This document shows, in pieces, positions 19,762 through 29,667 of a stretch of 64,000 nucleotides of DNA. The notes beneath the pieces are model-generated. The model was not told where the DNA came from. It saw only the letters and a program-made list of their open reading frames with translations, and did no database searches. Source of the stretch: Gammaproteobacteria bacterium (GTDB taxonomy: Bacteria > Pseudomonadota > Gammaproteobacteria > Ga0077536); NCBI GenBank assembly GCA_050247235.1, contig JBFWUN010000002.1:42641-106640 (forward strand). Direction: 5' to 3'. A program made the position numbers and the translations under genes. Each line of letters begins with the position of its first letter. The stretch's first letter is position 1.

Positions 19762-22488
19762 TCAGTGCGCCTCGTCCCAGTTCCTGCCGGTACCGATATC
19801 GACGACCAGCGGCACTGAGAGCTCGGCGGCCCCCGCCATCAGCGTGCGTACCTGGGCACTGACTTCCGCCACGGCCTCCGCATCGACTTCCAGGACCAGT
19901 TCGTCGTGCACCTGCATGATCAAGCTTGCGGAGGGTCCCGACCGCTCGATCCAGTCGTCAACCGCGATCATCGCGCGCTTGATGATGTCCGCTGCGGTCC
20001 CCTGCATCGGCGCGTTGATGGCCGTTCGCTCCGCGTATTGCCGGCGCTGCAGGTTTCGGGACTCGATGTCCGGGAGATACAAGCGGCGGCCAAAGACCGT
20101 TTCAACGAATCCTTCAGCGTGCGCACGCGCGCGTATCTCGTCCATGTAACGTTTCACCCCGGGATAGCGGGCGAAGTAGAGGTCGACGTATGCCTGCGCG
20201 GCGCTACGATCGATTCCGAGCTGGCGCGCGAGGCCAAATGCGGACATACCATAGATGAGTCCGAAATTGATCGCCTTGGCTGCACGCCGCTGTTCATCGC
20301 TGACCTCGCGGAGCGTCAGCCCGAATACCTCTGCGGCCGTAGCACGATGTACATCCGCGCCGCTCGCGAACGCTGCGAGCAACCGCTCGTCGCGAGACAG
20401 GTGCGCCATGATGCGAAGTTCAATTTGCGAGTAATCGGCGGCCAGAAGCACTTTGCCCGGTGGAGCAACAAATGCCTGCCGGATGCGTCGCCCCTCGGCC
20501 GTGCGCACCGGGATGTTCTGCAGGTTCGGGTCGGAAGATGACAACCGACCGGTGGCGGCCACTGCCTGGTGGTAGCTCGTGTGAATTCTGCCCGTGGTGG
20601 AATTGACTTCGAGCGGGAGTTTGTCGGTGTAAGTGGATTTGAGCTTGGTCAACGCCCTATGTTCAAGGATCAGCCTCGGCAAGGCATAACTCTCGGCCAG
20701 TTCCTGCAGCGCTGACTCTGCGGTCGATGGTTGTCCGGTCGGCGTCTTGGCGGTTACTGGAAGGCCAAGCCGATCAAACAGTACTTCCTGTATCTGCTTT
20801 GGAGAACCCATGTTGAACTCGCCACCTGCCTCGCGATACGCCTCTTGCGCCACCACCTGCATTTTCTGCGCAAGTTCGACGCTCTGCGCCGCAAGCATCG
20901 ACGTATCGACAAGCACGCCCCTCCGTTCGATTCGTGAAAGCACCGGCACCAGCGGGATCTCAATCTCTTCCAGTAGGCGTTGCAGCGAGGGAATGGCCGC
21001 AATCTGTGGCCAAAGCTTCGCATGCAGACGGAGGCAAACGTCTGCGTCTTCCGCAGCGTAGGCCGTTGCCTGTTCGACGGGGACGTCGTTGAAAGTAAGC
21101 TGGTGCGTGCCTTTGCCTGCCACGTCCTCGAAAAGGATCGTTCGGTGACCGAGGTACTTCAATGACAGAGAATCCATGTCGTGACGCGTCGCCGTGCTGT
21201 TGAGCACGTATGACTCCAGCATCGTGTCGTGGCGAATACCGCGTAGTTCGATGCCGTGATTCTGCAGAACGCTGCGGTCGTACTTGAGGTTGTGTCCAAG
21301 TTTTCCGACCAGGGGGTCTTCCAGCAGGGGTTTCAAGAGATCGAGCGCAGTGTCGCGTGGAATCTGTGGAGGTGCGTCGAGGTAATCATGGGCAAGCGGT
21401 ACGTAGGCGGCCTGTCCTGCCTCGCACGCGAACGAAACTCCGACGATTCGTGCATCGATGTAATTGAGACTCGTCGTTTCAGTGTCGAACGCGAAGCACG
21501 ATGCGTCACGAAGACGCGCAATCCACGTCTCCAGCACCTCTATCGTGTTCACGGTTTCATAGGCATGGGTATCGATCACCGAATGCCGATGCGAGGAAGA
21601 ATCGTCGGCGGCGGGCGCGGACGGCGCAGCGGCCGACAGTTGCTTCAGCCAAGTCTTGAATTCAAGCTGCTGGAACAAGTTACGCAACGTGGATTCGTCC
21701 GGCGTATTGCAGACGAGATCTTCGACGCGCACCGGCAGGTCAAGACCATCCATGATCGTGACCAGTTTTCGTGTGAGCGGAAGGTGGGCGACGGCAGCAC
21801 GCAGATTCTCTCCAATGGCCCCTTTCATCGTCGCAGCATTTGCGATGACCTGATCAAGGGAACCGTACTCCTGCAGCCATTTGACTGCAGTCTTCGGCCC
21901 GACCTTCGGTACTCCCGGTACATTGTCAACAGCATCGCCGACCAGCGACAGGTAATCGACGATCAGTGCCGGCGGAACACCGAATTTCGCCTCGACGCCT
22001 GCGGAATCCAACCGCACGTTGTCCATCGTGTTCACGAGCGTGATACGTGGGCCGACTAGTTGAGCGAAATCCTTGTCGCCAGTTGATATCACGACATCGT
22101 AACCCTGACGTTCTCCTTGTCGTGCAAGCGTACCGATGACGTCGTCGGCTTCGACTCCATCAATGGCGATGCGCGGAAGTCCGAGTGCGTCGATCACCTC
22201 GAACAGCAGCGGCACCTGTGCCGCGAGTTCCTCCGGCATCGGCGGTCGGTTCGCTTTGTACTCGGGATACCAGGCGTCTCGCGTGGTCGGCCCGCGCGGA
22301 TCGAAGATCACCGCGAACCGGGCAGCATTCATCTCGCTCTGCAACTTCTTGAGCATCGCCACCACGCCGTGGATGGCGCCGGTCCACTGGCCGGAGGTGG
22401 TTCTCAGTCCGGGCAATGCATGGAAAGCCCGGTACAGATATGAAGAGCCGTCGACAAGAACGAGCAAGTGGTTTTCTCTGTCGATCAC
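19762..22488 (-). CDS. polA: DNA polymerase I
   Basis: 908 aa. 5' nuclease N-terminus (LVLVDGSSYLYRAFHA), 3'-5' exo domain (FAFDTETTSL), polymerase motifs (DYSQIELRI, RRAAKAINFGLIYG, QVHDELV). Confidence 0.97.
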   Translation of the reverse strand: MIDRENHLLVLVDGSSYLYRAFHALPGLRTTSGQWTGAIHGVVAMLKKLQSEMNAARFAVIFDPRGPTTRDAWYPEYKANRPPMPEELAAQVPLLFEVIDALGLPRIAIDGVEADDVIGTLARQGERQGYDVVISTGDKDFAQLVGPRITLVNTMDNVRLDSAGVEAKFGVPPALIVDYLSLVGDAVDNVPGVPKVGPKTAVKWLQEYGSLDQVIANAATMKGAIGENLRAAVAHLPLTRKLVTIMDGLDLPVRVEDLVCNTPDESTLRNLFQQLEFKTWLKQLSAAAPSAPAADDSSSHRHSVIDTHAYETVNTIEVLETWIARLRDASCFAFDTETTSLNYIDARIVGVSFACEAGQAAYVPLAHDYLDAPPQIPRDTALDLLKPLLEDPLVGKLGHNLKYDRSVLQNHGIELRGIRHDTMLESYVLNSTATRHDMDSLSLKYLGHRTILFEDVAGKGTHQLTFNDVPVEQATAYAAEDADVCLRLHAKLWPQIAAIPSLQRLLEEIEIPLVPVLSRIERRGVLVDTSMLAAQSVELAQKMQVVAQEAYREAGGEFNMGSPKQIQEVLFDRLGLPVTAKTPTGQPSTAESALQELAESYALPRLILEHRALTKLKSTYTDKLPLEVNSTTGRIHTSYHQAVAATGRLSSSDPNLQNIPVRTAEGRRIRQAFVAPPGKVLLAADYSQIELRIMAHLSRDERLLAAFASGADVHRATAAEVFGLTLREVSDEQRRAAKAINFGLIYGMSAFGLARQLGIDRSAAQAYVDLYFARYPGVKRYMDEIRARAHAEGFVETVFGRRLYLPDIESRNLQRRQYAERTAINAPMQGTAADIIKRAMIAVDDWIERSGPSASLIMQVHDELVLEVDAEAVAEVSAQVRTLMAGAAELSVPLVVDIGTGRNWDEAH

Positions 22489-22573
22489 GGCGGGTAATGC
22501 AGCGGATTTGGGTCTCGGGTGGTGCTATGCTATGCGGAACATCAATCTGCGTCGATCAATCGAAGAGCCTTCC

Positions 22574-22924
22574 ATGCGTCGTATATTTCCTCTCGAGGTC
22601 GCGAGTCTCGTGCTGACCGTCGGCGTGTGGCAAGGCGCCGCGGCTGCGGGGGGACTGGAAGATGTCCCGGAGGCCGCTCCTGCTCCGCCGGCTGCGATTG
22701 AAGACGGCCAGGAACTCGAACCGGACGTGACGATCGTTCAGCGCAAGGATGCGACCGTGGAGGAATATCGACTGAACGGCCGCCTGTATATGGTCAAGGT
22801 CGTACCGGTGCTCGGGAAGCCTTACTACCTCGTCGACAACGATGGCGACGGCCTGATGGAACGTCGCATCAGCGACCTGCAGCGCGATCCCATCGTTCCC
22901 CAGTGGGTCATTTTCAGCTGGTGA
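22574..22924 (+). CDS. DUF2782-like secreted protein
   Basis: ATG 22574 within track ORF 22136..22924. Signal peptide, then EEYRLNGRLYMVKVVP..GKPYYLVDNDGDG. Divergent from polA, as in pseudomonads (from memory). Confidence 0.55.
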   Translation: MRRIFPLEVASLVLTVGVWQGAAAAGGLEDVPEAAPAPPAAIEDGQELEPDVTIVQRKDATVEEYRLNGRLYMVKVVPVLGKPYYLVDNDGDGLMERRISDLQRDPIVPQWVIFSW

Positions 22925-22970
22925 CGTGCTCAGGACGGATCCGGTCCCGGTTCCCGTCTCCCTGAAATGC

Positions 22971-22994
22971 GAATGCCCTCCGGGGAGGGCATTC
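22971..22994. terminator. Strong hairpin between convergent genes (bidirectional terminator candidate)
   Basis: GAATGCCCT-CCGGGG-AGGGCATTC: perfect 9-bp stem (extendable to 11) between the DUF2782 gene (+) and the OmpA-family gene (-). Confidence 0.55.
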
Positions 22995-23046
22995 GATCTC
23001 CGTTTCACCAGGCGTGTCGCGAGGACACGCCTGAATCGAATCGGAA

Positions 23047-23709
23047 TTACTCGGCAACGATCAAATCGACTCGACGATTCTGTGCGCGACCTTCGGCGGA
23101 ATCGTTCGTCGCTACGGGTCGGCTCTCGCCATACCCGGCGGACATAAGCCTCCCGGCGTCCACTCCCTTGCCAACGAGGTAATCGACGACTGATTTCGCG
23201 CGTCGATCGGACAGGTTCTGGTTATACGCATCCGACCCAACGCTGTCCGTATGTCCTTCGACGTTGACCTTGATGCCCGGGTTGTCCGTCATCACCTGAG
23301 CGGCGTGATCAAGCTTGGACATTGCTTCTGGTTTCAATGTCGCCTTGTTGAAATCGAAGTGTGTACCTTCCAGAGAAATCAGCTTCGTGCCTGCTTCCGG
23401 CGGCGGCGGCGGCGGCGGCGGTGGCGGCGGAGGTGCGGCCGGCTTCGGCGCGGGCGCGGCGGCGACGGGTTTCGGCGGTGGGGCCTCCTTCTCGCGGCAG
23501 AAGAAATAACCGAGCGCGCCACCGATGGCGGCCCCGGCCACGTAGGCCTCTGCGTCGTCGGAGTCGGAAGCAGCGGCAACTATTCCGGCACCAGTGGCTG
23601 CCCCCACGAGCGGGCAGAAGATCTGAGGCGCTTTGATATCCTGGTTCGCGCAGCCGACAAGCAGTACGCTCATTGAGACGGCAAGGCCAATCCTGAATCG
23701 GTTATCCAT
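23047..23709 (-). CDS. OmpA-family peptidoglycan-binding lipoprotein with poly-proline linker
   Basis: Lipobox LLVGC after MDNRFRIGLAVSMSV. Gly/Ala-rich hydrophobic region, a run of 12 Pro, and a C-terminal OmpA_C domain (NVEGHTDSVGSDAYNQNLSDRRA..V..YL, NRRVDL). Confidence 0.8.
   Translation of the reverse strand: MDNRFRIGLAVSMSVLLVGCANQDIKAPQIFCPLVGAATGAGIVAAASDSDDAEAYVAGAAIGGALGYFFCREKEAPPPKPVAAAPAPKPAAPPPPPPPPPPPPEAGTKLISLEGTHFDFNKATLKPEAMSKLDHAAQVMTDNPGIKVNVEGHTDSVGSDAYNQNLSDRRAKSVVDYLVGKGVDAGRLMSAGYGESRPVATNDSAEGRAQNRRVDLIVAE
23398..23433. repeat. Trinucleotide repeat (CGG)8-TGG-(CGG)2-AGG encoding Pro12 on the minus strand
   Basis: Read directly: cgg x8 (23398-23421), then tgg cgg cgg agg. 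In frame with the OmpA-family CDS. Confidence 0.9.
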
Positions 23710-23918
23710 GTCGAACTTCCCCACGTTAGTCCAGAGTCGGAATCAGAACCCGGTCCCCTTGTTGGATTCACACAACATTTCGGGTCGATGTTCGGGAAGA
23801 ATAGCACAGAGTTTCCGCAAACCGTAGAACTTCGCGAACTCGCTGAAGATCCGACAGTTACCCTCTCCAGGCCGGGACAAAATCGTCTCTCATGTCGCAC
23901 CAGACCAACGCGTGCGCG

Positions 23919-25652
23919 TTACCCGATCTCCTCGAGCAATCGACGGATGCGCTCGGGGTCGGTGGTCTTGAGAAGACGCTCCGTGAGTTGTCTGACGTTG
24001 CCCGCGTCGGTCTCGGCGATGCGACCTTTGATTTCTAGCAGCACCGATGGATGGACGCTGAACGATTCCAGACCCAGGCCGAGCAGCAGTGACGTGCAGC
24101 GCACATCGCCTGCCATCTCTCCGCACATCGAGACGGGGACCCGCGCCTTCTGCGCCGCGCGAATCGTCATCGAGACCAGCCGCAGGACGCCAGGGTTGAA
24201 GGGATCGTAGAGGTAGTTCACCTCGTCATTCACGCGGTCGATTGCCAGTGCGTACTGAATGAGGTCATTCGTCCCGATTGACAGGAAATTGAGAACTTGT
24301 GCAAATCCGTCTGCAAACACGGCTGCGACCGGGACTTCAATCATGCCACCAACCGGCATCCCGGCGTCGAACGGAATCCCTTCCGCCGCGAACTCGGTCT
24401 GTACTGCGCGTACCAGCTCCAGCACCTGTGCCGCCTCGTCAACGTGGGAAAGCATTGGGATCATCATGCGCACGGGACCGAGTGCTGACGCCCGGATGAT
24501 CGCGCGCAGTTGCGGCATGAAAAGCGCGGGTTCCTTCAGCCCAAGCCGCACTGCGCGGAGCCCGAGCGCCGGGTTGGCGCCCTTCCCACGCCCGGTCAGC
24601 GAGGGATCGACCTGCTTATCCCCCCCGATGTCGAGCGTGCGGATTGTCACCGGCAGTCCGCTGACGGTCTTCACGAGCTGCTGGTAGGCGTCGAAGTGCT
24701 CTTCCTCGGATGGAGCCTCGCTCCGGTTCATGTAGAGGAACTCTGTCCTGTACAACCCCACGCCACGCGCGCCGACCTCGCGGGCGGCCGCGAAGTCGGC
24801 GGGTAACTCGACATTCGCCTGCAAATCGATCGCCACCCCGTCGCGGGTCGCACAAGGCGCCCGCTTGAGCTTGTTCAGCGCCGCCGAGTAACGCGCGCGC
24901 TCATCCTGTCGGCGCCGGTAATGCGTGAGTGTCCGCTGGTCCGGTTCGCCGACGACAACCCCCTCGTTGCCATCCACAATCAGCAACTCACCTGCCTGAA
25001 CGAATCGCCGTGCGTGGTGTACTCCCACGATGCCCGGAACGCCAAGGCTGCGCGCAAGGATCGCAGTGTGCGACGTCGGTCCCCCGAACTCGGTGACGAA
25101 ACCGACGACCCCATGATGCTGCATGAGCAACGCGTCCGCGGGAGCGAGGTCGTCCGCGAGCAGCACCGCGCCCTCCAGGCGGGAGTCACCGTCGGTGGTG
25201 CGGGACAGCGCGCTGCCCTGAAGGCAGCGCATTATCCCGTTCATCACGTGCTCCACGTCATCGCGCCGCGTGCGCAGGTATGGATCGTCCATCTGGTCGA
25301 ATACGCTGACGATTGCATCTCGTTGATTGCGAAGCGCCCATGCAGCGCTATAACGGCGTTCGCGGATCAGTCGGATGGGTTCGTCGGCAAGGGTTTCATC
25401 GCCAAGCATCAGAAGATGCGTGTCGATAAACGCCGCAACGTCGTGGGATGCGCTGGCGGGAATCTTGTCCCTGATCTGGCGCAGGTGCTCTGCGGAGGAT
25501 TCGATGGCTGCGCATAGCCTCGCGATTTCGGCGTCAACGTCGGCGGGGTCGATATAGGTTTCTCGGATCTCGTGCTGTTCGTGCACAAGGATATGGGCCC
25601 TGCCGATCGCAATGCCGCGGGAAACGGCCAGACCGTGCAGCGAGAACGTCAC
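23919..25652 (-). CDS. ptsI: Phosphoenolpyruvate-protein phosphotransferase (PTS enzyme I, no GAF domain)
   Basis: 577 aa. GGPTSHTAILARSLGVP (phosphohistidine region), LYRTEFLYM, SIGTNDLIQY, CGEMAGD. Confidence 0.9.
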   Translation of the reverse strand: MTFSLHGLAVSRGIAIGRAHILVHEQHEIRETYIDPADVDAEIARLCAAIESSAEHLRQIRDKIPASASHDVAAFIDTHLLMLGDETLADEPIRLIRERRYSAAWALRNQRDAIVSVFDQMDDPYLRTRRDDVEHVMNGIMRCLQGSALSRTTDGDSRLEGAVLLADDLAPADALLMQHHGVVGFVTEFGGPTSHTAILARSLGVPGIVGVHHARRFVQAGELLIVDGNEGVVVGEPDQRTLTHYRRRQDERARYSAALNKLKRAPCATRDGVAIDLQANVELPADFAAAREVGARGVGLYRTEFLYMNRSEAPSEEEHFDAYQQLVKTVSGLPVTIRTLDIGGDKQVDPSLTGRGKGANPALGLRAVRLGLKEPALFMPQLRAIIRASALGPVRMMIPMLSHVDEAAQVLELVRAVQTEFAAEGIPFDAGMPVGGMIEVPVAAVFADGFAQVLNFLSIGTNDLIQYALAIDRVNDEVNYLYDPFNPGVLRLVSMTIRAAQKARVPVSMCGEMAGDVRCTSLLLGLGLESFSVHPSVLLEIKGRIAETDAGNVRQLTERLLKTTDPERIRRLLEEIG

Positions 25653-25918
25653 TCGGGCTCCCCGAAGCGGTCGTTGACCAGCGCAACAAGCGCCTGCAGC
25701 GCGTCGTCAGCCCCCTCCCCCTCCGTCGTGATCCTGATCTCGTTTCCGCGCGATGCAGCCAACATCATGAGGCCCATGATACTCTTGCCGTTCACTTTCT
25801 TGCCCTGCTTCTCGACGGCCACTTCGCAGGTATACGCCGCCGCAGTCTGCATGAACTTCGCCGCGGCGCGCGCATGCAATCCCAGCTTGTTGACGATCTC
25901 CAACGTGACTGTAGGCAT
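25649..25918 (-). CDS. ptsH: HPr/NPr phosphocarrier protein
   Basis: 89 aa. NKLGLHARAAAKF (His15 region) and VNGKSIMGLMML (Ser46 region). Stop overlaps the ptsI start by 4 nt. Confidence 0.85.
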   Translation of the reverse strand: MPTVTLEIVNKLGLHARAAAKFMQTAAAYTCEVAVEKQGKKVNGKSIMGLMMLAASRGNEIRITTEGEGADDALQALVALVNDRFGEPE

Positions 25919-25924
25919 GTTCTG

Positions 25925-26785
25925 TCAAAGATCCCGATGGGTAAGCACGATATGCCAGCGCGTGCGAAAGTGCGCGGCGATTCTCTCGGCCACATACACC
26001 GAGCGATGGCGTCCGCCGGTGCATCCTATCGCGATGGTGAGATAGCTGCGATCCTCGCGCTCGAATCGGGGAATCCAACGATCGAGAAGCTGGATGATGT
26101 CGCCGACCATCTCTGTCGCATACGCCGTCAGGTCCAGGAATTCGGTCACCGGCGCATCCTTGCCCGATAACTCGCGCAGGTGCGGGTCCCAGTGCGGATT
26201 CGGCAAGCAGCGCACGTCAAAGAGGAAATCGGCGTCGGGCGGGATCCCATTCTTGTAACCGAACGACGATACCTGCAGCGCGAGCGCGCCCGGGGTACGG
26301 CGACTCACCTGTTCGGCAATCTGCGCACGAAATTCGTGAATGTGTGTATGCGTGGTGTCGATACGCAAGTCGGCGCGGGCAATCACCGGTTCGAGCAAGG
26401 CACGTTCCCTGAGAATCGCTTGGCGTAACGGGATACTCACAGTCGAGAGCGGGTGCGGTCTGCGGGTCTCGTTGAACCGGTTGATGAGCGCCTGATCGCT
26501 CGCCTCGATGAACACGACTTCCACAGCGAAAGCGTCCGTCTTGAGTCGGTCGAGGATTTCCGGGAGCTGGCGCAGATCGTCATCCGGATTGCGGGCATCG
26601 ATGCCTACCGCGACACGCGTATACAGCGGCAGCGAACTCTCCCCGACGAATTTGGCGAAATCGGACAGAAATCCGGCAGGAAGATTGTCGACGCAATAGA
26701 ACCCGGCGTCTTCCAGCGCGTGCAGCGCGATCGTCTTGCCGGCACCGGACAGTCCCGACACGATGATGAAACGCTGCACCATCAC
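25925..26785 (-). CDS. rapZ: RNase adapter protein RapZ (YhbJ)
   Basis: IIVSGLSGAGKTIALHALED.GFYCVDNLP Walker A N-terminus, C-terminal CTGGRHRSV. Confidence 0.9.
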   Translation of the reverse strand: MMVQRFIIVSGLSGAGKTIALHALEDAGFYCVDNLPAGFLSDFAKFVGESSLPLYTRVAVGIDARNPDDDLRQLPEILDRLKTDAFAVEVVFIEASDQALINRFNETRRPHPLSTVSIPLRQAILRERALLEPVIARADLRIDTTHTHIHEFRAQIAEQVSRRTPGALALQVSSFGYKNGIPPDADFLFDVRCLPNPHWDPHLRELSGKDAPVTEFLDLTAYATEMVGDIIQLLDRWIPRFEREDRSYLTIAIGCTGGRHRSVYVAERIAAHFRTRWHIVLTHRDL

Positions 26786-26881
26786 ATGAACGTCCGAAAA
26801 AGGGGCGCCGGGTTGTCCGCTCGCACTTGGTTGATCCCTGCTGGTCCGGTCGCGGATCCGCGTGTCTCAAGTTTCCCGTTG

Positions 26882-27196
26882 TCAGCCTTTACCGAGGGTA
26901 TCGCGCGCGTGGTGATCGGTAAGCTTCTCCTTGTGGCGTTTGACCTGGCGATCGAGCTTGTCGAGCATCAGGTCGATGGCCGCGTACATATCTTCGTGTT
27001 CACTCGTCGCGTGCATCGTGTTACCCGCCACGTGCACGGTTGCTTCGGCACGGTGTAGCTGTTTCTCCACACCGAGTACGAAATGCGCGTCGACCATGTG
27101 ATCGAAATGGCGCTGGATGCGTTGCAGCTTGGTCTTGATGTAATCATTGAGCGCGGGCGAGAGATCGAGGTGATGGCCGGTGATGTTGATTTGCAT
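26882..27196 (-). CDS. hpf: Ribosome hibernation promoting factor (short form)
   Basis: MQINITGHHLDLSPALNDYI..KL; 104 aa; directly downstream of rpoN. Confidence 0.9.
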   Translation of the reverse strand: MQINITGHHLDLSPALNDYIKTKLQRIQRHFDHMVDAHFVLGVEKQLHRAEATVHVAGNTMHATSEHEDMYAAIDLMLDKLDRQVKRHKEKLTDHHARDTLGKG

Positions 27197-27268
27197 ATTG
27201 CGGCTCCGAAGTTGAGGACTGGCGATAAGCTGAGCGACAGGACGGCCCGCCGACGCGGCCCGAAGGCG

Positions 27269-28780
27269 TCAGGCGAGCTTCTTGCGCTCATTCGACGGTG
27301 GAATCTGCATACCCTCGCGGTACTTGGCGACCGTGCGCCGTGCGACATTTACTCCCTGCTTCATCAATATCGACGCTATCTTACTGTCGCTCAACGGCTT
27401 GCAGGAACTCTCCGCGGCAATCAGCTTGCGAATCACGGCGCGGATGGCGGTGGAGGAGGCTTCCCCTCCGAGAGCAGTCCCCACGTGGCTCGAAAAGAAG
27501 TACTTCAGTTCAAACGTGCCGCGGGGGGTGTGCATGTACTTGCGCGTGGTCACGCGCGAGATGGTGGATTCGTGCATGCCCAGCGCCTCGGCGATGTCAT
27601 GTAGAACCAGCGGGCGCATTGCCTCCTCGCCATGTTCCAGGAACGCCCGCTGGCGTTCGACGATGGCACTGGCGACCCGCAGCAGCGTCTCACTGCGACT
27701 CTGCAGGCTCTTGATGAACCACTTGGCCTCCTGAAGATGCGTCCGCAGTGCGCTGCTGTCCTGCCCATTCTCTACGCGACGCACCATGCTCGCGTAATAC
27801 GGGTTGATTCGGACGTGCGGTATCGAATCGGGATTCAGTTCGACTTTCCAGCGTCCCTTGATCTTCCGCACGAACACGTCCGGGACCAGGTACTCGGTCA
27901 TCGCCGTCGCGTAGGCGGAACCCGGGCGCGGAGACAGGGACTGTACCAGCGCGATTACGGCGCGCAATTCATCCTGCGTCAGCTTCAGGCGCCGCATGAG
28001 CTGGTTGTAGTCGCGTCCTGCAAGGAGGTCGAGATAGCCCTCGCACAGCCGTATCGCTTCTGGACGCCAGGGCGTGGCCGGATCGCGCTGCCTGAGCTGG
28101 ATGAGAAGGCATTCTTTCAGGTCGCGCGCTGCAACGCCCACAGGTTCCATCGTCTGAATCTGTTTGAGCATCGCGGCGACTTCTTCGAGGAGGATCGGCT
28201 CCTGACCGGGGTCGGAGACAATCTCGAGAAGTTCCTCCAGGGTTGTTTCGAGGTAACCGTCGTCGTTGACGGCATCGATGATTGCCACGCCGATGCGTCG
28301 GTCCGTGTCGCCCAGCGGCAACAGGTTCAGCTGCCAGAGCAGGTGGTCGCGAAGCGACTCCTCGGCGCCGGCCTGGTTTTCGCGCTCGCCCCCTTCGTCG
28401 TGGGGACCGGCCGGCGCTCCCTGGGGCAGGGTGCTGTCAAACACTTCTTCCCAGTCGGAGTCCACGGGCATTTCTTCGGGAATGTCATCGGTGGTCGACG
28501 GGGCTGACGTTTCCCAGTCCTCGCCCTCCCCCCCGAATCCCTCGTCCGGTCCTTCGAACTCTTCCGTCGCCGCCGGGGTGGTCGCCGGCGCAACCCCGTC
28601 GAGCCCCAGATCGGGGAGGTCGCTGTCGTCCTCGAGCTCGAGCATCATGTTCGAGTCCAGGGCCTGCTGGACTTCGAGGCTGAGTTCCATTGACGACAGC
28701 TGCAGGAGCCGGATCGCCTGCTGCAGCTGAGGCGTCATGGTCAGCTGCTGGCCGAGCTTGAGTTGCAGTGATTGCTTCAT
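27269..28780 (-). CDS. rpoN: RNA polymerase sigma-54 factor
   Basis: N-terminal Gln/Leu-rich region ([23 protein letters not shown]), acidic linker, C-terminal RpoN box [10 protein letters not shown]. Confidence 0.95.
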   Translation of the reverse strand: MKQSLQLKLGQQLTMTPQLQQAIRLLQLSSMELSLEVQQALDSNMMLELEDDSDLPDLGLDGVAPATTPAATEEFEGPDEGFGGEGEDWETSAPSTTDDIPEEMPVDSDWEEVFDSTLPQGAPAGPHDEGGERENQAGAEESLRDHLLWQLNLLPLGDTDRRIGVAIIDAVNDDGYLETTLEELLEIVSDPGQEPILLEEVAAMLKQIQTMEPVGVAARDLKECLLIQLRQRDPATPWRPEAIRLCEGYLDLLAGRDYNQLMRRLKLTQDELRAVIALVQSLSPRPGSAYATAMTEYLVPDVFVRKIKGRWKVELNPDSIPHVRINPYYASMVRRVENGQDSSALRTHLQEAKWFIKSLQSRSETLLRVASAIVERQRAFLEHGEEAMRPLVLHDIAEALGMHESTISRVTTRKYMHTPRGTFELKYFFSSHVGTALGGEASSTAIRAVIRKLIAAESSCKPLSDSKIASILMKQGVNVARRTVAKYREGMQIPPSNERKKLA

Positions 28781-28889
28781 CGTCTGATGCGAATTCGGAA
28801 CATATCTTGCATAGACGATTGTAGCGTAACCGGCACCCCGCCCAGGAAGCTCGGCACGCGATTTGCTGAGAAAGATCGCAAAATCCGAC

Positions 28890-29615
28890 TCAGAGGGTAA
28901 AGTCCTCGCCCAGGTAGACTTCGCGGACGTGCTCGTCCTCCAGGATTGCCGTGGGAGTTCCCTCGGCGATGATGCGACCGTCGTTCACGATGTAGGCGCG
29001 ATCACAAATTCCCAGGGTCTCCCGCACGTTGTGATCGGTGATGAGCACGCCGATGCCGAGCCGGCTCAGGTGCTGAATGATGCGACGGATGTCACCGACC
29101 GAAATCGGGTCCACTCCTGCGAACGGCTCATCGAGCAGGATGAATCGAGGCTGGGTCGCGAGCGCCCGCGCGATCTCGACCCGCCGACGTTCGCCGCCCG
29201 AGAGCGACATGCCCAGGTTCTTGCGCAGATGGCCGATGTGGAACTCGCGCAACAGTCCGTCCAGGCGCCGCGCGCGCTGCTCGGGATTCAATTCCGGGAC
29301 GATTTCGAGCACCGCGGCGATGTTCTCTTCGACGGTAAGCTTCCGAAATACCGAAGCCTCCTGTGGCAGATAACCGAGCCCCTTGCGGGCGCGCAGATCC
29401 ATCGGCAGTTCGGTGAGTTCGTCGTCGTCCAGATGGATGGTGCCGCCCTCGCCGGCGATCAGCCCGACGATCATATAGAAACTGGTGGTCTTGCCAGCTC
29501 CGTTCGGGCCCAGCAGTCCGATCACCTCTCCGCTGCTCACCGTGAGGCTCACGTCCTTCACGACCTGGCGTGACTTGTAGGTCTTGGACAGGTGTCGAAC
29601 GTTGAGTACGGTCAT
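28890..29615 (-). CDS. lptB: LPS export ABC transporter ATP-binding protein
   Basis: [39 protein letters not shown]; 241 aa; upstream of rpoN. Confidence 0.95.
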   Translation of the reverse strand: MTVLNVRHLSKTYKSRQVVKDVSLTVSSGEVIGLLGPNGAGKTTSFYMIVGLIAGEGGTIHLDDDELTELPMDLRARKGLGYLPQEASVFRKLTVEENIAAVLEIVPELNPEQRARRLDGLLREFHIGHLRKNLGMSLSGGERRRVEIARALATQPRFILLDEPFAGVDPISVGDIRRIIQHLSRLGIGVLITDHNVRETLGICDRAYIVNDGRIIAEGTPTAILEDEHVREVYLGEDFTL

Positions 29616-29667
29616 CGGGTGACGCCCCTGCCGCTACGCGCAGGCATCCACAGGCGTGCGGCCAGGC

